Assembly: GCA_023920165.1 (NCBI GenBank)
Contig: CP089279.1
Coordinates: 2,170,001-2,234,000 of the forward strand
From: Curvularia clavata
Lineage: Eukaryota
Reading direction: 5' to 3'
DNA length: 64,000 bases
Part shown: one piece after another, positions 21,778 through 35,562 of the stretch
Numbering within the stretch: position 1 is the first letter of the stretch
How the letters are laid out: the number at the start of each line of letters is the position of its first letter
Program-made: the position numbers and the translations under genes
Notes under the pieces: model-generated
Databases searched by the model: none
What the model was told of the DNA's origin: nothing
The model's input: only the letters and a program-made list of their open reading frames with translations

Positions 21778-24700
21778 CAGCTTTCAGCAACGCATGTTCA
21801 TGGCGCGGTGCGGTGCGGTGTCTGGAGCCGAAGTCATGCGCATCAAGGGATTGGTGGACGAGGGCAGCAGCAGACAAGAGTAGTGGACCACAAGCGCGAA
21901 GCCCGCCAATAGACGCCTGTGTAACCAAGCGGCAGTGGCGCTGACTGGCTGGGCCAAGCGAAGGCCATGCAGCGAGGCCAAGTCATCGTGCGTTGGCGTG
22001 TGTGCCGTTCTCGCTCGCCCATGGCGTTGCGGGAGACCGCATGAGCGTACGGTCACGTGAAGAGCTAGTGGAGTGGTCGGGTCACAGATCCTAGCACCGC
22101 ACACAAGCGGAAAGGCGCGGCCGCCCACCCCGGTCCCAGTCCTTGTGCTTGTCTTGCCGTCTGCTCCCTCCTAGCGCCGACCGGGGAGAGGGAGGGGGCG
22201 TGGACAGCACAGCACAGCACCGCACCGCACTGCACCGCACACCTCTCGCTCTCGCTCTCGTCTCGATGCATGACTGCATCGCTGCACTCTGGCCCATGAC
22301 ATTGCAGCCCTCGACCGCTGGCGCGCGTGTGCAGCCACTGCTCTGCCCGCCCGTCCGTCCCATGACCTGCCCTCTCCGCACGCTCCTGACCGCTGTGACA
22401 TGCTGTACACGTTGCGTTAGGCCGATACGGCCACGGCCCGGGGCGCACTCGTTGTCCGTCTGGGATGCATGGGTGCCGCTCTAACGCCTTGGATCAAGGC
22501 CAGCTGCATCCCATCACCACGCCGCTATCTGTCTCTCGACCTTGACTGCTGCCGTCAGCGCCATGCATCTGCGACAAGTCGAGCCGATGACGCCGTCCGC
22601 CCACTGCCCATGCTGGCTGAGATTTACGCCATCACCTCAACACGAAGACGCCGGTGGGTCAGAGATGCAGCTTTGCGAGATTCCATCGACCAGTTCCTGT
22701 CGGCGGCTGCCGTAGACTTTCTGAGAGCAGCAACATCGTCATCGCCCGCCTTGTAAAAAAGCGGTGTGTTCGTGGGCCCTGCTTCGCCAGGTAATAATAT
22801 CCAACCCTTTATCCAACACACCGATGGCCTCGCCAGAATTCTTTCTTCCGCGAATTAGCACCCCTCGGGCTGATCAATGGGCCCGCCACGGCGTGCGTCC
22901 GCTTACCCACCCCTTCTGTGGCTCCAAGTGACATCTGCCGGCGTTTTGTCACACGATTGGTTTTTCCAGAAGGCCAAAACGTGTCGCGGCTCGAGGTATG
23001 CCAACAGGTAACACGACTCGTTATCCTTTTCCGTCGTGTCAAGTTGGGCCATCATACGATGTCAATACGGTCTCCAATAAACCAGGCCAGCTAAGCGCAG
23101 AGAACATACCGCTCATCCGCCAGGGCGTATGGCCTCGCATCGTCCTACTGCAAGGACGGGAGTTGTGCGTCCCAGGTAGTAGAAAGCTGTTATCAGGATG
23201 CACGAGGATGCGTGCGCACGGGTTGGCATGGGTACGACTCCCCTCGACGGTGCTTCTGCTTGTTACAGGCGTGCTTGCCGCACTTTATGAAGGTTGCTTG
23301 TTTCGAGCGTCGATGCGCAGCAGCCTGTCCAAGGTAATATGTCCACTTCCCTGCGCCCTGTCAGGCAACAGGAGCGTAGCACAGGACGCCATTCGTCTCG
23401 GAGGCTTGATCATGACTTCCCGCCTGATATGACTGCATCTGGATTTTCGTGCAGGTCACGGCACACGAGACGCGGCACAAGCGATATACCTTCTCCTTTT
23501 ACTGCTGACCGGCCATTCAGGCTTGCAGCCACCTTCTGCAAGCTCCGTCGTATGCCATGCATACGGTGGGCGCAGAGGTTGTGTCACACAAACTTCGTTA
23601 ATCTAAACGTCAACGGGACACATGCGGGAATTCCACACCTCGTCCCGGCCCGCTGATACACAATTGGTACCAAGCGAGTGACTCCGATATGCTGTATCCG
23701 CGCCCTGTTCCGCACCTTTGATTCACCGCCATGCAAGGAAAAAAAAGGGGTGTGGGAAGGATCCGTATGGAATGCGCTTCGCGCCGCAGCGCCTGGTGTG
23801 CGTTGTGCAGACTGGTGCTTGTGCTTCTTTTGCTTGGGGAGAATGGACCGAGCAAGGCGGCTGAAGATCCATCCTGGTTGTTCTACCCCACAAATGCACC
23901 GTTCAGTTGGTGTAACCGTCACCAGCCCAGCGGCAATCGACGGCACTTTTGGATTCGTCGAGCACTCTGACTGACACAGGGCTGCTGACACTAAGTGCCC
24001 ACTGCCATGGTTAATAACACACAGGCTTGCTGGCTGGGTACCTCGGGGCCACTGGCTGCATCTGCGCTCATTAAACGTGCGCTCGTGACTGACTCGGACG
24101 TCGAAATGCGGTGTGGCAGTCAATCAAAGCACAACAATAATCAAAATGGGCTCTGCCGCGACCGGTGAGTAGCGTTCGGAGCCATTTCACCAAATGCGAA
24201 CGCCTCAAGCACGCCATCACATCCTGTGACGCATACAAAGGGCTGCGTGTTCATGTTATTAGTATGGTTATTGTTATTATTTTTTACTACCTGTTTGGCT
24301 CACGCATGGTGCATTGATTGAGGATTTACCCGTCACCCAGCGGATGCAAGGCACACGCACCAGCTGGGACGGCCGGATTGTGCCGTTCTCCAGTTAAAAC
24401 ATTGAATGCGGGGGCTGATGATTGGCAGATAAAGTTCAGTCAAACCCGGGCAGCGGAAAAGATAGATTGGAGTAATGTGGGTCGTAAGCCCCAAAGTTGG
24501 AGACGGGCACAGAAAGAGGGCGAGGGAGCGAGATAAAAATAAGGAATGTTAGGCGGGTGGTGGTGCTGCATGCCGTCCAGCAATGAACAATGGCTGCGAA
24601 GGGACGGGCTGACGGTTCTTTGTTGGAGCTCGTCTGCGTCGTCACGCATTTGTTATGCAGCCAGTCGAAAACAGGCCGGCAAGAAGCCGAGGCTGAAGAT

Positions 24701-25189
24701 GTTCTGGGCGTTTCGCAATTGCCCTTCTTCGAGGTAGGCTACATCCGCTCAAGTCCGAGAAGCTTCGTCACTAGGCGGAACATCCGGCACCGCCACTGGG
24801 TAGAGAAGAAATTTTTTGCCCACCAGGTGAGCAGTTTGCCAGTTAATGTGTTGAAGCGTGCAAGATGGCAGAGTGGCAGGCGTCGAATCAGAAATGCAAG
24901 CAAGTGTTTTGCCATGGGTACCAGTTCGTGCGCCGGTCGCCGGCGCAAGGGATGAACGACGGGCCACATTGTGGATGCTAGGCGAAGGGGCGTGATTCGA
25001 GGACTCGTGTGGGCTGCGTCGGATGCCAGCCGTCTCACACGAAGCAATAGCAGCTGAGGGAAGCAACCATGTCGGTCCTGTCTCCCACGGCGCAAGGCTG
25101 GCCAGAAGCGGCAGTATTATCCCATTTGCCAGGGCAGAAGCGGAGAGGGTTTGTGTGTGTGAGTGTGTGGCAGTGGAGCATGTTGGTGG

Positions 25190-25235
25190 TAGCAGTGGTG
25201 GTGATGATGATGACGATGATGATGATTATGATGAT
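25190..25235. repeat. (GGT/GAT)n trinucleotide microsatellite
   Basis: ggtgatgatgatgacgatgatgatgattatgatgat. Confidence 0.8.
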
Positions 25236-27471
25236 GGGATACTGGCACAGGCGGTGCTCAAGCAAGCAAGCAAGCCAGCTGGAGGAGGCTGCTCTGGCTG
25301 GAGCGAACGGTTCTCCCGGCGCAAGACATATCGGCCCTCCCGCGTGCTACAAGTGCCCCGCGAGCGAGTGCCTGAAGTCGCCGAGTCGCACCGGTGGGCT
25401 TGACTAGCCAGAGCAAGGAAGTCACGTCAGAAAGGACCAAACAGCCCAAGGCCGTTGCCGCAGTGTTCCACACCAACTGTCACGACAGGGATGCTGCCGT
25501 CCTTGACGAGCAAAACGACCGACGCGCCCAAATTGATCAGCCCTATCAGATATCGCAGCAGATGAAGGGCAACAGGCCGCCTCCTGGCCTATGGACCAGC
25601 GGCGCGCGCGCATCCCTGCTCGACGTGGATTAGAGGATGCGGGATGACTCCAGCTGTCGTCACTGCGCGAGGAGAGGGGGGACAGGGTTTGGTTGCGGAT
25701 GAGTCCAAAAAGCACACTACAGCACAGTATACATAGATACGGCCGTGGCATGGCCGTGGCAGCAGCATGGCATCGGCAGTGGGAGCGGTATAGGCTGGGC
25801 AGGGCAGGGCAGCAGGGCGTGGGTGAGCGGCGACGGCGGCGGCGCCAGCAGCGCCAGCAAAGCACGGTGCGACCATGGCGGGCTATAGGGCCTTGTTGGC
25901 ATGTACCGTGGTTCGTAAGCTGTCGCATGTCCCGAGCTATGTCCTTCGCGAAGGAGGCGACACAAGGAAGGACGCAGAGACGGCCCGTCGACGATTCAAG
26001 AGGCCCGAGGTGCTCCCACTTGGTTGCATGCGCCCTCTGCGCGCGCGCGACAGACGCTCGGATGTGCGGGTCAGAGACGGCTTTGGATTGCCACGGCAGA
26101 GCGATGACGCGCAGAGTTGTCGAGGGCGTAGCCGTGGGTCATGGTCGTCGTCGTCGTCGTGGCCGGCAGGCAGGCGGGCGTGTGATTGCAGCAGCCGTGT
26201 ATATAATTAAAGGCTCGTAGATCACAACGCGACGGGAGTCCCCGAGCTCTTGGCGAGTCATACATCTCAAGCAAGCTGCCGGCCCGCAGCATCATCATGC
26301 ACACGGGCCCGCGCTCCTAGGTCATACGCCAACAGACAAGGGGCCTGACGCTGGCCTGCGAGGGCGGCGAGGGCGGGCGAGGGGGGCGGGCTTGTGTGGG
26401 AGTGGGAGTCGAAGTGCCAGTGACAGTGTATGGGTGGGCATGTGTACGTGCGGTGCGAGAGCGAGATGGACAGGCCATGGATCCATGCCATCTGTCCATC
26501 TGTCCATCCATCGATGCATCCATCCATCCATGGGCGTCCCAGGCCAGGCGGGCGTGATACAGGACAGCCGCGGCCACCATCCGCCAGCGCCAGCGCCAGA
26601 GCCAGCGCCAGTCAATCCCCCCCCCTCCCCAGGCCAGCAGTGCCCAGCGCCCAGCGCCCAGCTTGTGGTGCTCTCGCCCGTCTGCTGCGGGCGGATGGTG
26701 TCGCTGCACGTCCAATGCAAGTGAGGATGCCGCATGGCCTTTAGCGCGTTTGGCGGACCGTCGCCGTCGTCGCTGCATGGGGCGGGCAGGGATAAAAACG
26801 CCATGCTAGTAGAAGCGGCGAGAAGGTTGACTTCGGGCACGCGGTGGGTAGTAATAGCGGCCGCTCCAACCTGAATCTCCTTTTTCGCTTCCACGCTCTT
26901 GGGTCCCGTCTCCTCCACGCGCTTCGAGAAGCCCTTCACTCCACAGCCTTTCCTCAACCACCCTCACTCTCACCACGCACGCCCACGACGCTCCAACAAA
27001 GACAGACTGCCTCCGCCCCAGCCCTGTGCGCCTGTCCCTGTGCGTCAGTCCTGTGTGCCCGCCCACACAACCCCCCTCGCCCCATTCCTCCGATCCGCCC
27101 ATCCTCGCCTTGGCTCTGCAATCCGAGCCCAATTTGCTGCCTCTTTCCTCTTACCTGCAGCAACAGCCGACCTTGCGGCCCGCCTGCCTGTATTTTGTGA
27201 CACCTCACCCGCCCCAGAGGATCTCCCGCACCCACCAAACCAACCCCAACGCCCTCCTCTCTTTTCCTCTTTCTCTCTCTCTCTTTCTCTCTATCCTCCC
27301 TCCATCCCACCCGCTCGCTCCTTTGTCGAGGCTGGCCCAGCTGTGTCTTGTTGCACTCGTCAACACCGGCGTGTGACGTGACAGGCTCGCTCCACACGTT
27401 GTGCCCGCCATCGAATTCGACGGCCCCCAACCTCGCACATCTCCACCATCACCCGCTCTCGTCCGCGAGCA

Positions 27472-28886
27472 ATGTTCCCTCACCAGGGCGGCCAAGGCCA
27501 GCTTCCCACCCACTGGCAACCGCCTACCTCGCAGCAGCCTGCAAATGGCTCTTATGCGCCGCCTCCCCATGTAAGTCGCTCATGTGCTGCCGCTCCCTCG
27601 CTCGCTCCCTCGTCCGCTTCCGCGTCCGCTCTCGCTCTATCAGTCAGCGCCGGTAGTGCCCACGTCATCTGACCTGGTCTTGGGTTGACAGCTTACTGAC
27701 ATTTGGCCTCGAATCCACAGATCAACACCACGCTCCCTCCACCACCGCCCCAAGAGCCACGACCCGACATGGCCCAACATCCCCAGTACCAGCACCAGCA
27801 CCCCCAGCCCTATCGTCTGCCCGGCCCCAACGAGTGGACGCGCGCTCCTCCTCCCCCAGACCCATACCGACAGCAGCCTCCTCCTCCACCTCAATACGTC
27901 CAGCAGCACCACCAGCCGCCAGCTCCTCGTCAGCGCACTGCCATTGCCTGCCGCTACTGCCGACGCCGCAAGGTACTTTACTGCCCGCCCACATTGCATC
28001 GAGACACATCATAGCTTACTTTTTTTTTACCCTACAGATTCGATGCTCGGGCTTCGAAGCGACAGAGGACGGCCGCTGCTCCAACTGCATGAGGTTTAAC
28101 CAAGACTGCATCTTCACCCCCGTTTCGGCTCAGACCCAGGCTTTTGTTCCTGCCCATACTGTCTGGCGCGGTGTCGGCCAGCCCCCGCCAATGTATGGTG
28201 CCTACGGGCAGCCTCTTCCTCCTGCGAGCCACGGCGAGCCCTACGGCCAGCCAGCGCGCCCGCAGCAGTATCTGCCCAGCCCAACTGCAGGTCCGTACCC
28301 AGCTCATTCTGAATATGCTCCGCCTGGTGCTTCTCCAGATGAGGCAAGCCGTGACACGCTGGCCGGTAGGAAGAGGCTTCACCCGGAGCCTCACACTCCT
28401 ACCTTGCCTCCGCCAAATCCTGGCGCAGCGTCACAGGCCCCTCATCGGGGCACGGCACCAGATTATGCCTACCCAGAGCCACCAACTCTAACATCGGCTG
28501 CCCCAACAGCAAACCCACCAACCGCCTACTCGTCTGGTCCTCCGCCCGCACAACCCTACTACGCCGCACAACCGCCACGTCAGGGCTCCCCACAGAGCGC
28601 TTATCGCTACGAGCCGAGTCGCAATTCCTCGTCGCCACATTCACAAGCTCCTACAACGCCCGGCGCCCCATCCACGCCCTACTACGGCGCCCCTCCTCAG
28701 TCTAATGGTGTCCTTCAGCCTCCACCGCCCCGCAGCGATGGCAGGACGCCGCCACCACCTCCTCCCACATCGCAAGCTTCGGCAAGACCGAGTATGCGTA
28801 TTAACGACCTAGTAACCGACAATGGCCCAGCCCGCAGCTCGACCGACTCGTCCATGCTCAACATGCTTAACCGCCGGCCCATGTAA
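27472..28886 (+). CDS. Pro/Gln-rich Zn(II)2Cys6 transcription factor (exons 27472-27570, 27721-27972, 28038-28886)
   Basis: IACRYCRRRK|IRCSGFEATEDGRCSNCMRFNQDC binuclear cluster across a GT-AG intron; C-terminal MRINDL motif. Confidence 0.9.
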
Positions 28887-31800
28887 ACCCTACCTCTCTC
28901 TTGCGTACGAGAGACGCAATGCTCTGAAGCTGGTCTTTCGAGAACACTGCAGGCCCCGGATTAAGCAATGGAAAGAAAAAAACAAACAAACAAGAACAGC
29001 AAAAAACTCTTCGGTCCTTGGCAGCACTTGTCCATTACTCGTTTTTCTCGTGTATAACCTTTCTTCCCGTCTTGTCGACATCTGCTATCGCAAGGAGTTC
29101 TGGCTGGCAACAGCGTGCTTTTTGGGCGGAATTCTGATTTTCAACGGCGATAAAGAGCATCGAGACCTTTTCTATCTAATACTTGATCATGTACCTCATA
29201 CTCTCATTTTCTGGGGGTTTGTGGGAGAGAGAGGTGGCTTTTTTCCTTTTTCCTTATCGGTCGAGTGCGGCGGTTGCTAATCTGATGATGTCCTCGCCCT
29301 CGGTTCCGAGGGCGGGTATCTCGTCGTTTGTCACGTTTGGCAGCAAAAACACTCGATTCCCCGCTGTCCCCTTGGATTTACACTACTAAACTGGGTGGTA
29401 TTCTGTCTTTTCCTGCGAAACTTTAGACCTGGAGGGTTGCATCATCTCACGGAGGCTTGGCTGATACTTTTGCATCATCTCAAGGCCTGGGTCGGACCAG
29501 CTTTTACGTGCTTCAGTGCATTGGCTGGGGGTAGTGGTAGTTTGTGCTTTTTTTTCTGTACAGTTTTTGTCACGGTTCATGCTCTCCATTAGGTGCGGTT
29601 GCTATATTCCCCTTCTTCTACTGTCTCTACCGCATTCTAAACATCTTCTCCTTTTTCTCTCTCGGGATCTTTCTCACTGGTGGGCGGCTATCTGAATTTT
29701 TACTCTCGCAAAGACACGTTCAAAGGCAAATGGTTCAGCAGCAGCAAACGTATGTAGTGTTTGTTTTTCTTGGACTTTTATGGTTTGGCTTAGTTATCTA
29801 AATTGAAGATGTTCGATGGTGTAATACTTGTCTGGTTTGGGTTGTTTTTGTCAATGGTGCAGACCATGGGTTATGGGTATCAGCTTACACGGCTGATGCG
29901 ATGCTGGCACCACCGTCACGCCTTGTCGCACTTTGATGGAGATCAGACTGTGGCGCCCATCCTGGCTGGACATTGACATGAGCACAGGCAATGCAGGGCC
30001 GATTGAAGCACTGCCACGACGGATACGCACGTGTCGTGCCTTCCTTTTCCGTGTATACGCTGCCACCTGCCCACCGTCTCCCCCACAGACTAGAAAAGGA
30101 AACGCTGGTGGCGAACAGCCCTGGTCTCAACCACATTACTCAATACTTCTTTCGGCACACGGGTCTCGCCCCATCTCGATACGAAACATGAAAAAACTGG
30201 ACTGCTCTTGTCTTGCCGTTCGACTACGCATCGTAAACTGTACCGTGCTTTGCTGCCAATGACACCAGCCTGTGCGCCGGAAGCCGCCACGCTGACCACG
30301 CCGAACAAAAGTCTATCGGGCCTGGCAGAACCAACCCTTCCTCAGACCGCGGTTCCGTATCGGGATCTATCGGCAACCATGGTCTACTCGGTCGAGCCAG
30401 TTGACACCGGTACGGCACGGAGCGCCCAGCCGACTTGCGAGGGATTGCTTCTGCTGCTAAAAGCCAAACATCTAGGGTCAAGTTATTTTGGCCTTGGACT
30501 CGGTATAGCTGTGTTGATTTGACGGTACAGAGGGGCTCGAAATCTGATCATTCGTACAGTAGCAGCATCCGCCGTCGGTGGGCTAGTCTGGGTACTGCTC
30601 CCGACTATTGGATGGCCACGGCAAGAGAAGCCACGACGCTTGGAGCAGAGGGTTGTCGGATGCAGGGAAAGAGAAAGGGCCGCCGTGGTCCTGAGCTCCT
30701 AGTGTACCAAGATTCTGAGTCCTTGGTGTCTGCCACTGTGTGGATGTGGGTGTGCGTCGGGCGACCAGATGGCGGATCCAGCCATGTCAATTCAACGTTT
30801 GGTAGCGCTATTACGATGGTCTTTACCACTGTGTCGCGCACGGCCGAGCCCAAGCCAAAGCAAGTATGGATAGCCTAGGTTCTTGTCTTCCCGTCGCCTG
30901 CCGACATTCACATGCTCAGCCCGCGCCCCCTCCCTCCCACTCTCCGACCCAACTTTACAAAGCTCTATGTGACCTTCGCAACGATCGAGCCGGGGTTCCG
31001 AATATTGTAAGCTTGGATGGACTTGCTTTGTAGTGTACCTTTCAAACCATCTACGGAGTACAGCAACCCAAGTGGACTAACGGAACGGAGCGAGAAGCAA
31101 AGTTTGCGCGGCGATGCTGCTAGACAGAGTCGGCAGCCATCATGAGGGGAGAGCGTTCACCACACACACACACACACATATAAAGATGCAGGACAAAGCC
31201 AACTTCTGACGCGAAATTGAACATTTCGTTTAGGATATGTGGCGCTCTCTTTGGGGGCGAAAAAGCCGTTTACACTGCAGCTAGGCCTTTCTTTCAAGGC
31301 CAAAAGACTGGGGGAACCTGACAAGCAGTGCCTGTGTGCCGAAGGGCACATGACTAGCTTTTGATAGCTCTGACAACCCTTTGCTCCGAGAGTATCGTAT
31401 CTCGTGAGAAAGTGAGAGAAACTTATTTGGGTCTGTTATTATCATCGGAAGACCAGGTTCAAGGTTGTTCCCATCTGACCTGAACTGGGTTACCGGGGCC
31501 TTTCGCTCGCTCCGTTGGGTTTTATTGATTCCGTGAGATGGGCGTAAAAGGGGATGGGATTGGGGCAAGGGTATACTGGCCTGTCAACGATTCGTTCGCT
31601 GTCCCCCTTTCTCTTCCCTTCAGGTGCCAGCGTTTCAGGCACGAACCCGTTCAACGGCTCACCACCCTCTTTTTGTCCTTTTCCTTCCCGCAACACGGCA
31701 GACGGCAGACGGCAGACGGGCAGGATTCAGATGAACTCAAAAGTCTACACGTGTAACGTTTCGAACCTGGTTACTCCGTACTGTATCAAAAACCCGGGTA

Positions 31801-31907
31801 TTCCGAGGCCGACCCCCCTCCCCGCTCTTATGCCCCATCTACATACTTCCATACATACAAAAATGGACTTTCCCTTTCTCGATCCGAACTTTCCCCACTG
31901 CAGATGA

Positions 31908-31934
31908 GACCATGACCATGACCATGACCATGAC
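31908..31934. repeat. (GACCAT)4 hexanucleotide repeat
   Basis: gaccatgaccatgaccatgaccatgac. Confidence 0.8.
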
Positions 31935-34745
31935 AAGACATGGGATGCAGGCAAGCGAATAAAAATAAGAGAGAGAGCGAGAGCGAAAAACCCGTCTTGT
32001 CGTCTGACATGACAAGACAGGACAAGGGAAGGACGAGGGGGGGCTCGTTACGGGACGGTGCGAGACCAAGACCAACAAGGAGCACACGTTTCGATAATGG
32101 GGCCGTCGTTCGGCGCCGCAAGCCACGCCATATCCATGTGTGCTTGTGCGCAACAAAACTGAGTCAGAGAGAAAATGGTGACGATGGATGGACGCCGCTG
32201 GAGAGCAGGACCCTGGCCTGGCTGGCTGGCTGTCTCCTGCGAGTTTAACGCCTCATCAGCTTAGTCCAGGACTAGTGTACCGCTGTTTTGGCTGTGGTGC
32301 CTGTGCCCGATCTCATTTTTCCTCCTCGTCTGCCGATTTGAGCTTGCTTTTAGGGCTTTTTTGGTTCGGAGCACCTAGTTCCGAAGGATATATGTGTGCA
32401 TACGTAGCCTCTGCTGCGGTCATACGTAGACAGGTTATGTACTTGGAACTCTGTGTACTGGGAAGTGCCTTGATGAGATTCTCAACTTGCTCTTGACATC
32501 TCACCGATGGATTTGATGCCCAGATATGATGTGAGATGATTACATGATGCATTGGCGCGGGGGGGGGCGATGAGTAAACGGCTGCGCTTCCAAACACTCG
32601 AAACTCGACAACTTGACCCTTTACTTCATACCTGTCTCCATTATAGTACAGACTTTATCCACCCACACACCACGGCCCTATCCACGGCGTAAATCACAAG
32701 TCACACCTCCACTTTCATGGTGTTTTTTTTTCTACGCCCACCCACGCCTCGAATCCTCCACCCCCACCCCTGTCTCCCCCAACCAATCGCCACCCTGTAA
32801 GTCCAGCCCCAAAGGAATAGCACCCTGGACCCATTTTCTTCCGTGCGTTGGGATAGCCGAGAGCAAGAAAAGCGCAGCGCGACCGCATACGTAACGATTG
32901 TCTGTATCCGATGCAAGGGAATGAACACGTAACACACTTAATTTTCCGTATCCACATGCGCTCGTATTGATTGAGTGTATGGGTGAAGCCTGTGGCTGCG
33001 CAGTGTTGAGGGCAGAGTGTAGGTAGATTGTACAGATGATTTTATCACATATTTGATGAATGAGGGCGGGAGAAAAGTTTATCTTGAAAAAAAAACAAAA
33101 GGGAAGTAGATATGCCACGGCTTGCTTGCTAAACACAAGTATGCAGGTGTAGCGGCACACGGCTAAGTTGAAGGGAGAAAAGGAAAGAATGAGGAGAAAA
33201 GGGGGCGGAGTATCCTTTTAGCCATGTACATACACAAACTATTCTACGACATGGAAATGCAAATAGGCGTCTTTGCCCCATCTACACATACATTTTTGTA
33301 CAGTATATTGGGTGTGCACCTCTCACTTCTCGCCTAAAGGGTTCGAATTCTTCTACCCATCATCCTAGTACATACCCCATCAATTACCCGCGTTTCCATT
33401 TGGCTATCCCCTCTCACGCAAAATATTTCCTGCCTTCATACGTCACAGATACGATGCTAGTGTCTGGAGAACCAATAGCATCTAAGGATGCTTACGCGCC
33501 TGAGGATTGTTGCCTGGATAGGTAGCCCGGATCTTGCGCCAAGCCACGGCATGGCATGTTTGTTGGTGATGTGTAATATCCAAGACAGCCACACATGGAC
33601 ACGAGGAAAAAGAAAAGAAGAAGGTGCGAGATGAGCGGTGAAAAAAATTCTAGGACTCGCGTGTGTTTTCCGAGCCAATGGGCTTGTCTTTTTGGTAGGG
33701 AGCGGTTGAGGAGATGAGATGCAGGGTAAGGGTTTACGGCATGGTGGCATGGTGGGGCGAGCTGTTGGAGCATGGCGCCCTCGGAGCCAGAGCACGCAGG
33801 GCGGAGTATGTAGAGTAGATTGCATAGAGGCCAACGCAAGACTAAGGGTATCATGTGTCTATTTACATGTGTCCCAAATAGTGTAGTACAGCGGAGAAAA
33901 GGCTTATTGATCGCGCAGTGTCCCCGCGTTTGAGACTCGCTCATGCCAAACACCGAATACTCGATATTGACTGTTGGAACTAGACGCTACAAGAGCGTTT
34001 CCTTGTGTACAACACCTTTGCCTTTTTCTTTTCATATACACCAGAGACAGGATAGACGACTCATTAATTCAACGGCCATCTACCGCACAGCTATCAGTCA
34101 TTTTGGTGTGCACAATGTCTTTGATGGTGAGAGTTGAAAACTGCACTGTGTGCGCTTACTAGTCTACTGCGAACGCGGGGTACACTGCAAAGGTCAGCCA
34201 TGTCAGTCTACCGGACACTGTGTAGGAACGAATCATTTTTGTGGGTTTTATGTATTACTATGGAACTATCGGCTCGGAAAACTAGCTACAATGTAGCACC
34301 CTCTCTGCCTTGCTCCATCAGTCGTGTGCAATCCGTCTCGCTCACGAGCAGTCGGTATCCCCAGGTACGATCCATGAAGTGAAGAAAGAAAAAACCGAAA
34401 CTTCAGCACTACGTGTGCGTTCCTTTGCGGTATCGGGGGTATAATCGTACAGTAAAGAAGGAGAAATTCCTATATCCGACATTGTGAACTGTGCTGGGGC
34501 AAAAAACTGGGAATTCGAGGGTAGAGAAAAGAAAACCGCATGTGTTGCTTGTGGAAGGGGGCCGGCAAAACAAGGGGTATTAGTGCAAGTGCAACAAAGC
34601 CAGGAGGAGATGGTAGAAGTCGAAGTGGGGCAGGTTGTCGAAGTTGCTGTGTTGAAAAAGACCTGGATACCAGCGAGCAGCTACGAGATCAAATATACGC
34701 GGCTTAGGACTCCCGATAGCGTAACAACGCTGACAACCAGATGAC

Positions 34746-35060
34746 TCGAGTTAATCGGCTTGATCTTTGAGACCTCGATGTCCTGGACCCATACGGCTCA
34801 TAGGATTGGGAAATCCACTAACGCGCGCAAGACTGCTGGTAGAACAGTTATATAAGTCGAGGTAATCGGCTTGATTTTCGAGACCTCGATGTCCTGGGAG
34901 CTTCCTGACCCCATGCGGCTCATGGGGTTGGGAAAACCATTGGCGCGCACAAAATCGCCAAGCATTCCCGAATCATTTTGTATACCAATCATGGAGTACA
35001 GAGAGAACATGACGAGTCAACGGAAGTGTACCGGCCATGGAGTACTGGGAGAACATGGCA
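34746..35060. repeat. Diverged direct duplications (~85-95 bp at 34746/34857; ~32 bp at 34981/35028)
   Basis: taatcggcttgat..gagacctcgatgtcctgg occurs twice; catggagtac..gagaacatg occurs twice; differences are mostly transitions. Confidence 0.8.
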
Positions 35061-35562
35061 AGCTAACGGAGTGTTCTTCTTTGATCTCCGCTTTGAACTT
35101 TCTGGCTTCCTTGAGTCGATTTATATATATATACTAGAAAACGCAAGGTTGGATAGAGTCGATATATAGGTAGAGTCGATGTATATACCAAACAGCTCAG
35201 GGCTGGGTGGAGTTTATATATTCCGAATCTTCGGATGGTCACCACTTTTAGCTCTGAATTTTAGAGCTAGACATGTTATAAAGGGGACCAGGAGAAGGGT
35301 TCGGTATCCAGTTTGTGAAGTGGCTAGTTGAGTAGGTTTTACGGGGGTGAAATGTTCGAGTTGATGGCCATGAATAGTGTACAGTTGTTATAGTTTGAGT
35401 GGCTGAAGGGCGGATGGAGTTGATATATATACCTGACAGCACGAGGCCAGGTAGACGTAAGCGTTAGGGTTCTTCTCAATTGCATATACTTTGACAGGGG
35501 CGCCGGAGCTCGCACTGGCGTTCAAAGCGCGTGATCAAGATATGGCAGCGCTGTTGACCGAC

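Noticed and set aside
22000..27400. Numerous 60-210 aa ORFs in all frames
   Set aside because: Low-complexity, overlapping ORFs with no recognisable motifs; typical of GC-rich non-coding DNA.
33330..33360. GGTTCGAATTC, like a tRNA T-loop
   Set aside because: No D-arm, anticodon arm or acceptor stem.
35463..35471. AACCCTAAC on the minus strand, like a telomerase RNA template
   Set aside because: A 9-mer is expected by chance about once in a window this size; no convincing pseudoknot or CR4/5 was seen, and it lies in a gene's 3' flank.
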